This document shows, in pieces, positions 25,001-37,000 of a stretch of 64,000 nucleotides of DNA (its first letter is position 1; each line of letters opens with the position of its first letter). Below the pieces are notes generated by a model. The model saw nothing but the letters and a program-made list of their open reading frames with translations. It searched no databases and was not told the origin of the DNA. Location of the stretch: contig OZ037771.1 of the NCBI GenBank assembly GCA_964035545.1, positions 2,739,628-2,803,627 on the forward strand, read 5' to 3'. The position numbers were made by a program, and so were the translations under genes. This stretch comes from Bugula neritina. Its lineage: Eukaryota; Animalia; Bryozoa.

Positions 25001-28000
25001 CAACACATCTAAACTTACTTACTTACATGCATATTTACTTATTTATTTATTTACTTACTATACTTACTTACTCACTTACTTAGGCCTACTTACTTACTCA
25101 CTTACTTAGGCCTACTTGCTTACGAACTTACTTACGTCTGTTGGTTTGCATTTCTCAAATGACATATTTTTAGTTATGATTCACTGCTTATACAGTTTGC
25201 TATTTTCTCTCTGCTATTTATACAACTCCTAATAAATTAACTGGAAACCATTAATTTCAATTTGTTATCAATACTACTTTTTGTGTTCTGGCGTTAATTT
25301 CTTTTTACAACTTGGTGTTTTTAGTTGAGTAACGAGATAATCAAACGGTGCTGTGCTGAAATTTCATTGGACAATATATTTGATGGTTACGTGACCTCAT
25401 CAATAAGGACGTTGGAGCAGAGCATAGAGTGTTGTGAGAAGTGGAAGGCTATCTATGACAAGACGGCTCAACTCCACCATAAGTTCAGTTCAACTGGCTG
25501 GGTGTTGGACAAGTCCAGTATCTTTGCTCAAGTCGATGCTTTTGTCCAGAGATGTAAAGACTTGATGGAAGTATGTATAAACACTGGTTTATGTATTTTA
25601 GACAAGCTGCAAGAACTTGGCGTTTGACAATGAAGTTAAAAAAAGAAGCGTTGATTTTGTAAAAAGAAGTTTTAGTATTTTAAACTATTTTAATTTTTGA
25701 GAGAAAAAGTTAAAACAATTAAATCTGATTCAGTTTTGAATATAGCAAAGTTTAATGTAATTCACACGAATGTAGACTCTCATTTTACAAAACTTTTATT
25801 AATTTATAGTTTAAAGAAAAGTTTAAACGTTAATCATTGTTTTCTATTTTGTTTAACTTTAAGATTTTACTGTGAATAAGCATTCAAGGACTCGATTTGT
25901 TTAGATATGGTGATAACATTATTTTAGAGCCATAAAACTATGTAATTCTCATAATTTAAATTTAATACATATTGGCGCAGAATTGTCAAAGTAGTGTTAT
26001 ATAAACATAGTAAGTTATATCACATCCTAACCAGGTAACCTTTACAAACAGGAAAGTGGGGCACTGCACTGTTTGTCATGCAGTTTGGGCACAGTTTTGT
26101 TGTTACTAAATTAATTATATTTATAACTATTTTATCTTTAAAAACTTCATGCTGTTGACAATACGCACTGTGATTTTGTGCTATCTAGTAAGTGGTGTCC
26201 TAAATTGCTGATTTTATATTTGTCTAGGTTTGTGAATGTCAGATATTATTCAAACGTATGGAGGACGGGTCGCAGAAGGAGATGCCCCACTTTATTGGGC
26301 AGAGAGGACCTGAGATAGCAAAGAGTCTCTTGGAGATTGAGAGTTCATTCAACAGAAATCTCGGCCAGCTGCGTCTAGTAAAGAGGAGTATTTTAGATGT
26401 GAAGGCTACGTCCTGGCACGACGACTACAATAAGTACTATTTGCGTTACATATAGTCTTATATTCATGTTTTGACACATAATATATGCTGTACTGTGACA
26501 CGTGTGGGCAAGTGCTTCAATGTATATTTAGTTAGTTTGACATATATGTGTAAGTAGTTTGACATATATGTGTAAGTAGTTTGACATATATGTGCAAGTA
26601 GTTTGACATATATGTGCAAGTAGTTTGACATATATGTGCAAGTAGTTTGACATATGCCAGCAGGTTGTTCTACATGTTCTGGGAGTTGTTTGCCATATAA
26701 GGCAGATATTTTGACACACGTGTGCAAGTACTATGTAAAATGAACTCATATAATCTTGCATGCAGACTTATTTATCTTCTCTAAAGTAATTCTTATAAAA
26801 TCTTTGAAGTTGATAAAAGCTAGTGTTGTAGTTATCTGTTCTTGCTTTTGTAAATGTAGATTTCGAGCTGGAATGAAAGATTTGGAAGTGATGATGATAA
26901 ACACAATATCCTCCGCCTTTGAGACGATATCAACTGTTGAACAGGGAGTTGAGTTGCTGGATATTTTCATGCATCTCCAAGTCAGGGAGGTGAGGCACCC
27001 ACCCGCTTTAAATAATGATTTTTTAAGGAGTTGTCTGCTTCAGATTTTATTAAATCTTATATAAACTACAAACTCACTCAAGTTTATAGTCACCATCAGG
27101 CTTAGGACTTATTCAGATGTGGTACAGGAGCAATTATGACTGGATGCTCTTCGTAACATCACCAATGGCCTTTACTGGAGTTCAAACCTATAAATTATAG
27201 CATAGCTTTTCCTATGCAAAAACTAGAATTTGTTTTTGGCAGTAGTGTAGTGTATTTCCTTAAGGAATAATGATATATCAAATATGTTTCTATATTCTTA
27301 TTTTGAATATTATTAGTTAATACTTAAAGAATATAAAATTTTGCAGCCGATTAAACGAGCTCTAGACAAGCGTACTGTAGAGGTATATACTACATTCAAC
27401 GAAGAGCTCAATGCAGTAAAGAAAGAGCTCACTGGTAAAGCGTTACCTCTTCCATTCAACCACCCCAAGTATGCGGGAAGTGCCCAGTGGTGTCGTCTGC
27501 TGAAGAAGCGAATAGAAAGAGAGATGATGATTCTAGACCGCGCCCACTTTCTCCCGCACATGGGTTTGTACTTTACCATGGCATCCCTCATTGATGCTGT
27601 TTTACTTGGTCTGCTAATTGAATTTTAAAGGAATTATTTTATAATTTCTTCAATTTTAGATGTTGAGGAATTATACCTGTTAAAAATAGGTACAATATAA
27701 ATAGACATTATATTGTTGTTATTAAATCAACTGTAACATTCAGTTATTGCTTTCCTATAGCAAATTCTTCATGTATAGCATTTCCTTGAGAAATTATAAC
27801 ATTAAATGTTTTCATGCTATTGTATTATTCACTGTATTAATTGAGCATTGGGATTTTAGTTTGGCACTTGCCTAATTGGTTGGTTATTCAAATAAAAAAT
27901 GTTAATTGAATATAATGAAGTTATAAATTTACAAGAATATAGTGTGCTAATATAATACAGTCTAATAATAGTAATAATAATATAATGTAGTATTAATAAA

Positions 28001-31000
28001 GTATAGTGAATTTCAATTATATAGCATGGCAACCTATTTCCATATAGCATTATACTATATTTCAATATAACATTATACTATATTTCAATATAACATTATA
28101 TTATATTTTAGTATAGCATTATATTATATTTCAATATAACATTATTCTAATGTCGTCAGGTATTGGAGAAGAAACCCGTACACAATACCAGCACCTCTGT
28201 CAAGCCCTTGATGAGAATATTCGCAAGACCTTCCAGGAATGGGGTCAGACTGTAGACCGAGACCCAGCTAAGCTGCTAGAAGTACCGCTGATGGCACGTA
28301 GCACTGAGCAGCCCCCAATGATTGACATCAATTTCAGCAAGTAGGTTAATGCTATAGCTTTTATACTGCATTATTCACAAATTAGCTTTCTGAATAATAA
28401 AGTAGTACGTGGAGTAATCTTCCCTTTGATAACAAATGGTTGTATATTATATAGGTCATTGACGAAGATGTTCCAGGAAATAGTTTACTGGGAAAGACTG
28501 CTGTTTGAGATACCTCACTACGCCTCCGACACCTACAATAAGTGCGAAGAGTTGAGAATATTGAGGGAGCATGTACTCTTGGTTGTAAGAGATTACAACA
28601 GGATCATCTCAGCTCTCAGTCTTGAAGAAAGAAAGTATGTAGGCTATAGTTGTTATACCACCACTGCTACTGCTGCAGCTGTTATTACTACATCTAGTAT
28701 GTTGTTGCTAGTAACAATTGATTACTTTAACTAGCACTGTCACTATAGTCATTATAACCAGTACTATAACTATTAGTTTTACTAATACCAGTGCTATGTT
28801 TAAGAATGCAATAGTTTCAATTTTATTTAACAAAAATAATACTTTTGTGATGTAATTGCAGCTTGTTCAAGGAGCGAATAAAGTTTTTGGACAAAAAGAT
28901 ACATCCAGGTCTGACTAAGCTGACGTGGGGAGCCAAGAACATCTCGGATTACTTTATTAAAGACTGCCGAGTTCATGCTAACAGGGTAAGACACATCTGT
29001 ACTGCTTGTATACGTGTGCACTGTCTGCATACGTCTGTTCTGCCTATATACGAACTATCCTTATGTAATAGTAGCCTAAAGGTTAATTTGTATGTCAATT
29101 ATGATTATTATATGTAACTACATAGCTCGGATTATGTGACATACGCACGACTTGGTACTTTTAGATTCAGACCATAGTGAACGACTACAAACATGCCAAC
29201 AGTTCCATCTCCAATGACTGCAGACGCATATCTGAGCTTCTCCTTGTCAGAATTGACGGGAAGAAAATCTATGAGAACCTTGAGGTGGGCACACTAGCTG
29301 ATTACTCATTGGCTAAACTATTACCAGCTGTTTCCTGATTGGATAAACCAGCACATTAAAATAAACTTGAGTTTTTTAACGTTTTGATACCTGTTATCTA
29401 TTTCTTATAAATTAGATCCTGTTTAGAGTTACGTTTACACTAGGACTTGTGTCTGTCAATAGTTTGATGATGATCAGCAAAAGCACAGAGCAGCTACCAA
29501 AGAGAAGCTCATGTTGATACATAAGGATGTTGTCTCTACCATGAAGCAGACGTATGAAGTGTTCAAAGCAGACGGTGCAGACGTAAGTGTATTGGGTAAC
29601 ATAGCTGTAGATATATAAAAGTTTGCAATACTCTGCAACTTGTTTGGAATTATAAGTCATTTGCTTTAAGTTCTGGTGTATTTTCCACATCTGTTAGCAT
29701 CAAGCAGTTGTTCCCTCTGATGTTTGTCAAAAGAGGCTATGGGAATATGTAAAGCATATTAAATATATATTAAATTATAAATGAAACCTGTTTTATTTTT
29801 TTAATGCATCTACAAGTTTATTAAGACTTGTGTGCAAATATCATATTACTGCAGCAAGAGGATATAATTTCACAGTTCATTTTCAAAGTATAACACCAAA
29901 TCTTTACTTTTGTAGGCGTTGGTGAATATTATACCTACTAGCATATCTTCTGCCATGATTACATGCTATCATACTTGCTCAGAGAGTTTTGTGTTGACCA
30001 TGTTATTATTTAGCTCTAGTTTGTGCTCTTCCAATATAGATTGTATTTGTTCACATTGAAATTGCCGTAATATAGTTGCTAGAACCCTCTCCACGTGTAA
30101 GCCCGCCCCCTATTGGTTAGTTCCCGTGTTGATCCTGCTCTGTCTTAGTCACGGTTATTAGTTGCTAGTCATGTGATCTGCTACACTAAGTCCTTCTGCA
30201 TAGAACCTGCCTGATTTCCTATTGCATGACTATAATTTCTTCTGAATATGCTAGAAGGTTTCCGCTAGTAAGTTAGCTCAAATGCGAACACAGCACCTCA
30301 TATTATTAGTTTGTGTTTCACTTCGTGTAGGTTCAGACACAGTGGGTTAAATACACTGAGAAGATGGACAGAATGGTGGAAGAAGCATTTAGACTGAATG
30401 TAAAATGGTCACTTCAAGAGCTGTCAAGGGCCATTAACGGTGTGTATGTTACATTTGCTATCTGCAGTATTAAAAGTTACTGGTAGCTTGTTGGACATCT
30501 TATTGGAAACACATAATAGCCAACGGCATGCATACTATCATTATAGACAGCGTTTAGTTTTTAAAATAGTTTTATGAGAAGTCATAATTTACAATGTGCA
30601 CTCAAATAAAACTAACAAACATACCCTGTTTTGCTTTGTTATTTTACTTATAGTTGAAGAACAATTCATTACAATTGTAAGGTTCTGGCAAATTACAAAA
30701 TATTCATTTAATAAATAAGCAGAAAGAAAAGCATGATCTTATGAAAACTAACAATTTATTTGATTCAATAACTTTTTAAAATGCAGTTTTTGATAAGAGT
30801 GTTTGATTTCATTGGATAGAAATTCGTGAAAAATGATTTTTAAAAAGAAATTAAAATTTCACATACCTTAGTCATGTAATTATATACCATATAGTATATC
30901 TTGTTCATTGTTTAAAGCCACCAGGATTGACCTTACTCAGTTAAGATATGTTGTAGGTGATGGTAAGAGTGCTCCAAACCCTCTATTCAGGGTCAAGGTC

Positions 31001-34000
31001 ATTCTGGAAGGTGACAAAGTTGAGTTCTCTCCTACGCTGAAGCAGCTGGCTCAGGACGTTGGCAGCATTGGCACTCATTTGACGGAGTCTATAGCCGGCA
31101 TCAGTAGACTCCCTGACATACTCACCAGGAAACGCTCTAACAAAGAGGTTGGTGCTGCTCATTGACAATGTGCTGTGTTACTCTGCAACTGTAGCGACTG
31201 GTGTGTTATATACATAGCTACTGGAATGACTCATTGGTCTATAAATAGATTTTGCATTTCAAGTATTATGCGTTTAATTTGTCTCTGAAGATGCTAATTT
31301 GCTAACATTTTCTATTTTTATGCTTGAGCACATTTTTTAATTTGATATTTTTCTAATGCATTAGCATGCTTTAAGACAAAGTATTTTAATTTTTTTCTGA
31401 TTTTAAAATACTTAAAAGCATTATATTTATTATATTGACGTATATATTTACTATTACGACTGTAATAGTAAATATATAACACCCATACCTTTAGTGTGGT
31501 ATCTCACAGGGAGTGTTGGTGTTGTATATTCATCTAATACCTTCTGTTTCAGCCAATATATGTGGTGATAGAGAAAGATGAGGACACACATAAAATACAG
31601 AGAGTCATCAACCAGGGGATGCAGGACAATGCTGTCAACTTACAGAACTACCTTCTCACCTGGGACAACTATCGCGAGATCTGGGAGATCCGAAAAGATG
31701 CATTTATCAGGCGGTACCAGAGATTGAACCCACAAGTCTCATCATTTGATGCCGACATTGCCAGGTGGGTCATTTATTCCTACCAGGTGAGTCAGTCACT
31801 TTCTTTTTACATTGGGAAGTGTTTTACTATAGATTTGAAAGACAATATTTAACTGTTAATTATACAATGTAATGTATATCTGTGCGGCTTAATCATCACA
31901 CTTCTACATAATCACGTCTAGCCAATCAGCCAGAACTTATGACAAGAGAAAGTTGAGTGTACTTTTTATTATTCTCGCTGTTTTGAAATTTACTAGACAC
32001 ATGGAGTTTTAATAAACCATTTTCACTTAAAACCCTCCAGCATGTTATCTTAAGTATTAATATATAATGTCACAAACTCTTTCACTGTATAGATAGTATT
32101 AATATATAGTGTCACAAACTATTTCACTGTATAGTTTGTATTAATATAATATGATGTCACTAACTCTTTCACTGTATAGATAATATTAATATATGATGTC
32201 ACTAACTCTTTCACTGTATAGATAGTATTAATATATGATGTCACTAACCCCACAGATACACGGAAGTCGCCAACAACGTAGCTACACAGGAAACAGTGCT
32301 CAACATTCAGTTTGTACTCCTTGACTGTTCCCTTCTCAAGAACTCAATCCTCGGACACTGTCACGAGTGGCAGAACAAGTTCACCGAACTTCTCAGTGAA
32401 ATAGCAACCACCAGGCTCAAGGAACTCAATGATTTCCTCACCAACATGGCCACTAAGTTAGTTCAAAACAAAATTAAGTTTCCTAGCTCTACGATGATCA
32501 TTAAAATTTTCAATACTTAGAGTCTATGCTGTAAAAGAGTAATAGATTTACTCGTTTCTGCTGAAATGTTGGTACTGGCAAGTTGCCAACCGATAGTTTT
32601 AACATTATCATGAGTTGTAGTTTTGTAGATTAATACCTGATAGTTTTTCATGTTGATAAAATATTTATTTTAGTGAGCTTTTTTTATAGACTTGGTTATC
32701 TAATGTGTAGCAATCTACAAGCCATTAGTGTAGTCACCTTCAAACTGCTTCAAATAGTTCTTAGAAGTAACAGTCAATAGAAATATTAAAACTTGACTCG
32801 TGAAAAATATGGCAAAATTTTCATTGTTCAGTTCACAAGTCACTATGGATTTTACTGGTGTCTTGTTTAGAGTGAGCCAACCACCACAAACTTTGGATGA
32901 GTTGGGGGAGTCGCTGGATCTGTGGTCTAAGTTAGACACCGGGAAACCTGAAACTGAGGCTAAGTTTGCACCTCTCTATGACCAGTTTAGCATTCTGGGG
33001 AAATATGACGTGCCTGTGCCTGAAGAGGTGAGTTTTTGTGTCTATGTTTGTTTGGTTTCTGATGGGAGATTTGAATAATTTTGGTATTCTGAGATGTGCA
33101 GAATGCTTTTCGGTTACACAAAAAAAACCTTTGAATTCGCAGAAGGTAAAATAACATGATATTTTCTATGACAAACCAGCTAATTATTGGATGCAAATGT
33201 CTTCATTTCTCAACTGTTGAAGCTAACTAGGTTTGTAGCGAACCGTAGTACATGAAGTGTATTCTTATGCAGATACAAGCCACTTTGGATGGTCTCGGAG
33301 CCGAATGGACAAAATTCACTGAAGCTCTGGTTGAGTCAGAAGGCATGTTGAAGAAGTACAAAGAGAAGTTCAAGACAAGCCTGCTGGGTCAAGCAGAGGA
33401 TTTCAAGAAGCAGGTGTGTTGGTCTTACCTGTAATATCACTGACTCACCTGTAATATTCCTAACTCACCTGTAATATCACTGACTCACCTGTAATATCAC
33501 TGACTTACCTGTAGCATCACTAACTTACCTGTAACATCTCTGACTTACCTTTAATCTTACTAACTTACTTTTAATATCACTAACTTACCTGTAATATCAC
33601 TGACTTATAGAAACACGAGTTATTGATATTGTGTCAAAAGTAAATAAAAACTGTCTCATGTTACGGAGGGCTTTTCCAGGTGCATTCTTTGGTGGACAAC
33701 TTCAAGAAGGATGGTCCATTCAGCGCCTCCTTAGCCTGTCCAGAAGCTCTGGAGAAAGTGGCTACATTCAAGGACCAGGTGACGGCACTGAAGGACCAGG
33801 AAGCTCAGATCAGACGAGGTCTCGGAATATTCAAGATAGAACAACCTCCAAATAAGGACATTGCAACCTTGGACAAGGTAACAGTTTACTGCTGCATATG
33901 AGGTTATACTTCATATCATGAATGTACTAATGTATAACTTCATGTGATGATTCTGTGAGGTTTTGCTTGTTCATAGGGCATAGAGTTTCAATATTTGTTT

Positions 34001-37000
34001 TATAATTGTGAAATTAAAATATTTGAGAATTAAAATTTTAGTATTGACCGTTAATCAGAAGCTATAAACCCCATCAGTTATCAAATATGACTTTATAAGA
34101 TTAGTATTTAAATGTTAGTTTATTTGAAAGAAAAACATTTCTCAGTTTTGTAAAAAACAAGTTTGTCTTGTAAAACTTTTTTCAAGTATATAAAATAATT
34201 ATTATAATATTGTAAAAAGATCTATCTGAGGCTGTATGAAAACCTTTAAACTAAAAGTTGGTGATGCTAGAAAGTATTTTTTGTAGCTGTATACAAAATA
34301 TATCCTATTAAGTTTGAGAACTGTCATTACTAGCCGTATTTATTTTTAGGGAATATGCCAACAAATTGTAAAGCTGGAGTGTTATGTGATTTACCCGCAA
34401 TGTTTGTTTCTTTCTTGTAGGATCTAGACTACATTGAGCAAATCTGGCAGCTAACCCTAGAGTGGGAGGGCAACTGGGACTCGTGGAAAGTCGGCAAGTT
34501 TGTTGAACTGCAGACGAGTGAGATGGAAAACGCTTCAGTGACAGCGTATAAGAAACTCGCTAAGTTGGCTCGAGAACTCAAGGTGTGTGCAACTCCAACA
34601 GAGGAATGTTAAAACTTGTGTGCTGCATGTTTAAGGGTTAGAATTTGGTACAAGATGTTAAAATTTTGTGTCTTCTGCAGATTAGTGATCTCAAAACTAC
34701 ATCTAACTCTTCTTTTAGTTAGGAAAACATGATAGACATCAAGGGCATTTTGTCTCCAAGACATGCTTTTTGGTTACTAATGAATTTATGCTGTATAACA
34801 CAACAGTATTAGACGTGTTTATACATCTCATGTTATTGTGCCGTGTTTAGTACAAACAGGAAGTGACTGAAGACCGACCTAGTCGGTCTGCTGCATCGCA
34901 CTCGCAACCTGCGAATGAGGTATACCCCGTACACTTGTATTCACTTCTTGTTGCCTCTACACGTGCTACCACTATTTTTTTGTTGCTGTCCTCGCTCATA
35001 GATGGAATACTTCATCACCAAGTGGGGGAGCAACTCCTATGAATATTGTGCTATATATCTCCAGATGGTTATTGTTTGCAGCCTGTGTTAAGATATTAGT
35101 CTCTCTTATTGTCATTGTATTGGTGTTAGTCTGTTGAATATTGTCATCCACCAAGTATTCGGTGCTGGTTTACATGAAGCTGTCTCTGGTACAAGTACCT
35201 CTATTGTTATTGTCATCGAGTGTTTCTCACTGTTAGTGTAGAAGTCATTGTTACAAGGCAATACTACGCTAACTGTCTTAGTTTAGAAACATGCTGTTCA
35301 TACAGGTTGTCAGTTGTCACTCTAGTATGTAAATGGAATCGCTGTTAGTAGGTTTTTAATATATAAGTTTAAACCTGGTGATTTTTACATCCAAAGTACA
35401 GCTAGCAAAATCATGTACGCTGAAAATAGCCCGGGCAATGTACTCTCACATACCTTGCCATTGAGATTGTTGGTGGCTCATACCAATATCTTATTCCTGC
35501 AGATTCACTCGCGTTTAGGACAACATCTTCTTCTCAAACATAGAAACTTAATATTAATTTTGAAATGCTGATTCCTAATATTTTTCAACACTGTAGCATA
35601 TCTTAATAGACAATTGAATCCTTTTCCGCCAATCAGCGTTGCAATTAGTTTATAGCAAGTAAAGTAAATATTCACTAGCTGTAATTTTAATACATTCACA
35701 GCTAGGGCTAATTTAAAATCTATAATTCTGATGCACTGCATATAAGTTTCATTTAAATTTATTTTAATGTTGTTAGTTATCTCCACCTCTCGCTATATTT
35801 ATGTTTTTATTCTCATACGTGGGTCATGTATACCACCTCCTAATATTATATTCCTGGGTAGTATTACTGTAGACTGAATGTATATTCCCTACTGGTAGGA
35901 TAAGAACTGGGAGATAGTAGAAGTAAGCAAGGGTCGGGTGGACACATTCAAGAGGACTATGCCCCTCATCACAGACTTGAAAAACAAGGCTATGAGAGAT
36001 AGACACTGGAATCAGATCAAGGTTTGCATACAAATAGTATAAGTTATATCCAAGCATGTTGACTGTTATCACTAATATTTCTTTTACATTGTAACATATT
36101 ATAGTGAAACTGAGTGTTTTAAATATAGCTGTATCACTACCATATTTCTAGAGTGTTTATATGTTTCAATCAACAATCAATTTGATCAATGTAACTGGCT
36201 GTTACCAGTAAATTGCTATGTTTGTATATTTTTTTTTTAATTTTGAAAACTAAGTTAGCGTAACATTCATGTAATGGTTTCTCAAAAAGTCATTGTAACT
36301 AACACCGATTTGTGCATGTTTTATTTAACATAGTAATAATAAAGTGAAAATAACTCGCGCAAGTTTATAGTCACTATCCCTGTGAGAACCTCTGATGGAA
36401 ATGGTTTTGTTTAAGCAAGCTAAAGGTTTTTCCTAGTGTGGCATAGGAGCAAATATGACTGGATGCTTTTCCTGACATCACCGCCTGTGTTTGAACTCGA
36501 ACCACTAACCTCATGCCTACTATGCCAGCACTCTAACCACTACACCACTGCTACTCTCTACCATACTAAAGTGACAACATGGTTATTCTGTGTTTATAGA
36601 ATGAGATGCAGAAGCAGTTTGAGGAGACGAGTGAGGATTTTACACTGGAGAGGATAATCAACTTTGGGTTTGACCAGTACGCGGAGTACATCAATGAGGT
36701 CTCCAGCGCTGCCACCAAGGAACTGGCTATAGAGAACAGTCTCAAGGCCATCAGTGATGCTTGGGAGATCATTGAGCTGGTTATGGCTCCTTATAAGGAC
36801 AAAGGGCATTTCAAGTTGGCGTAAGTACATTAGTTAAAGTAAGTACATGAGTTAAAGTAAGTACATGAGTTAAAGTAAGTACATGAGTTAAAGTAAGTAC
36901 ATGAGTTAAAGTAAGTACATGAGTTAAAGTAAGTACATGAGTTAAAGTAAGTACATGAGTTAAAGTAAGTACATTAGTTAAAGTAAGTACATGAGTTAAA

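Noticed and set aside
34866-34895. CTGAAGA followed by a hairpin as a possible hammerhead ribozyme
   Set aside because: No GAAA core after stem II and no identifiable stems I/III.
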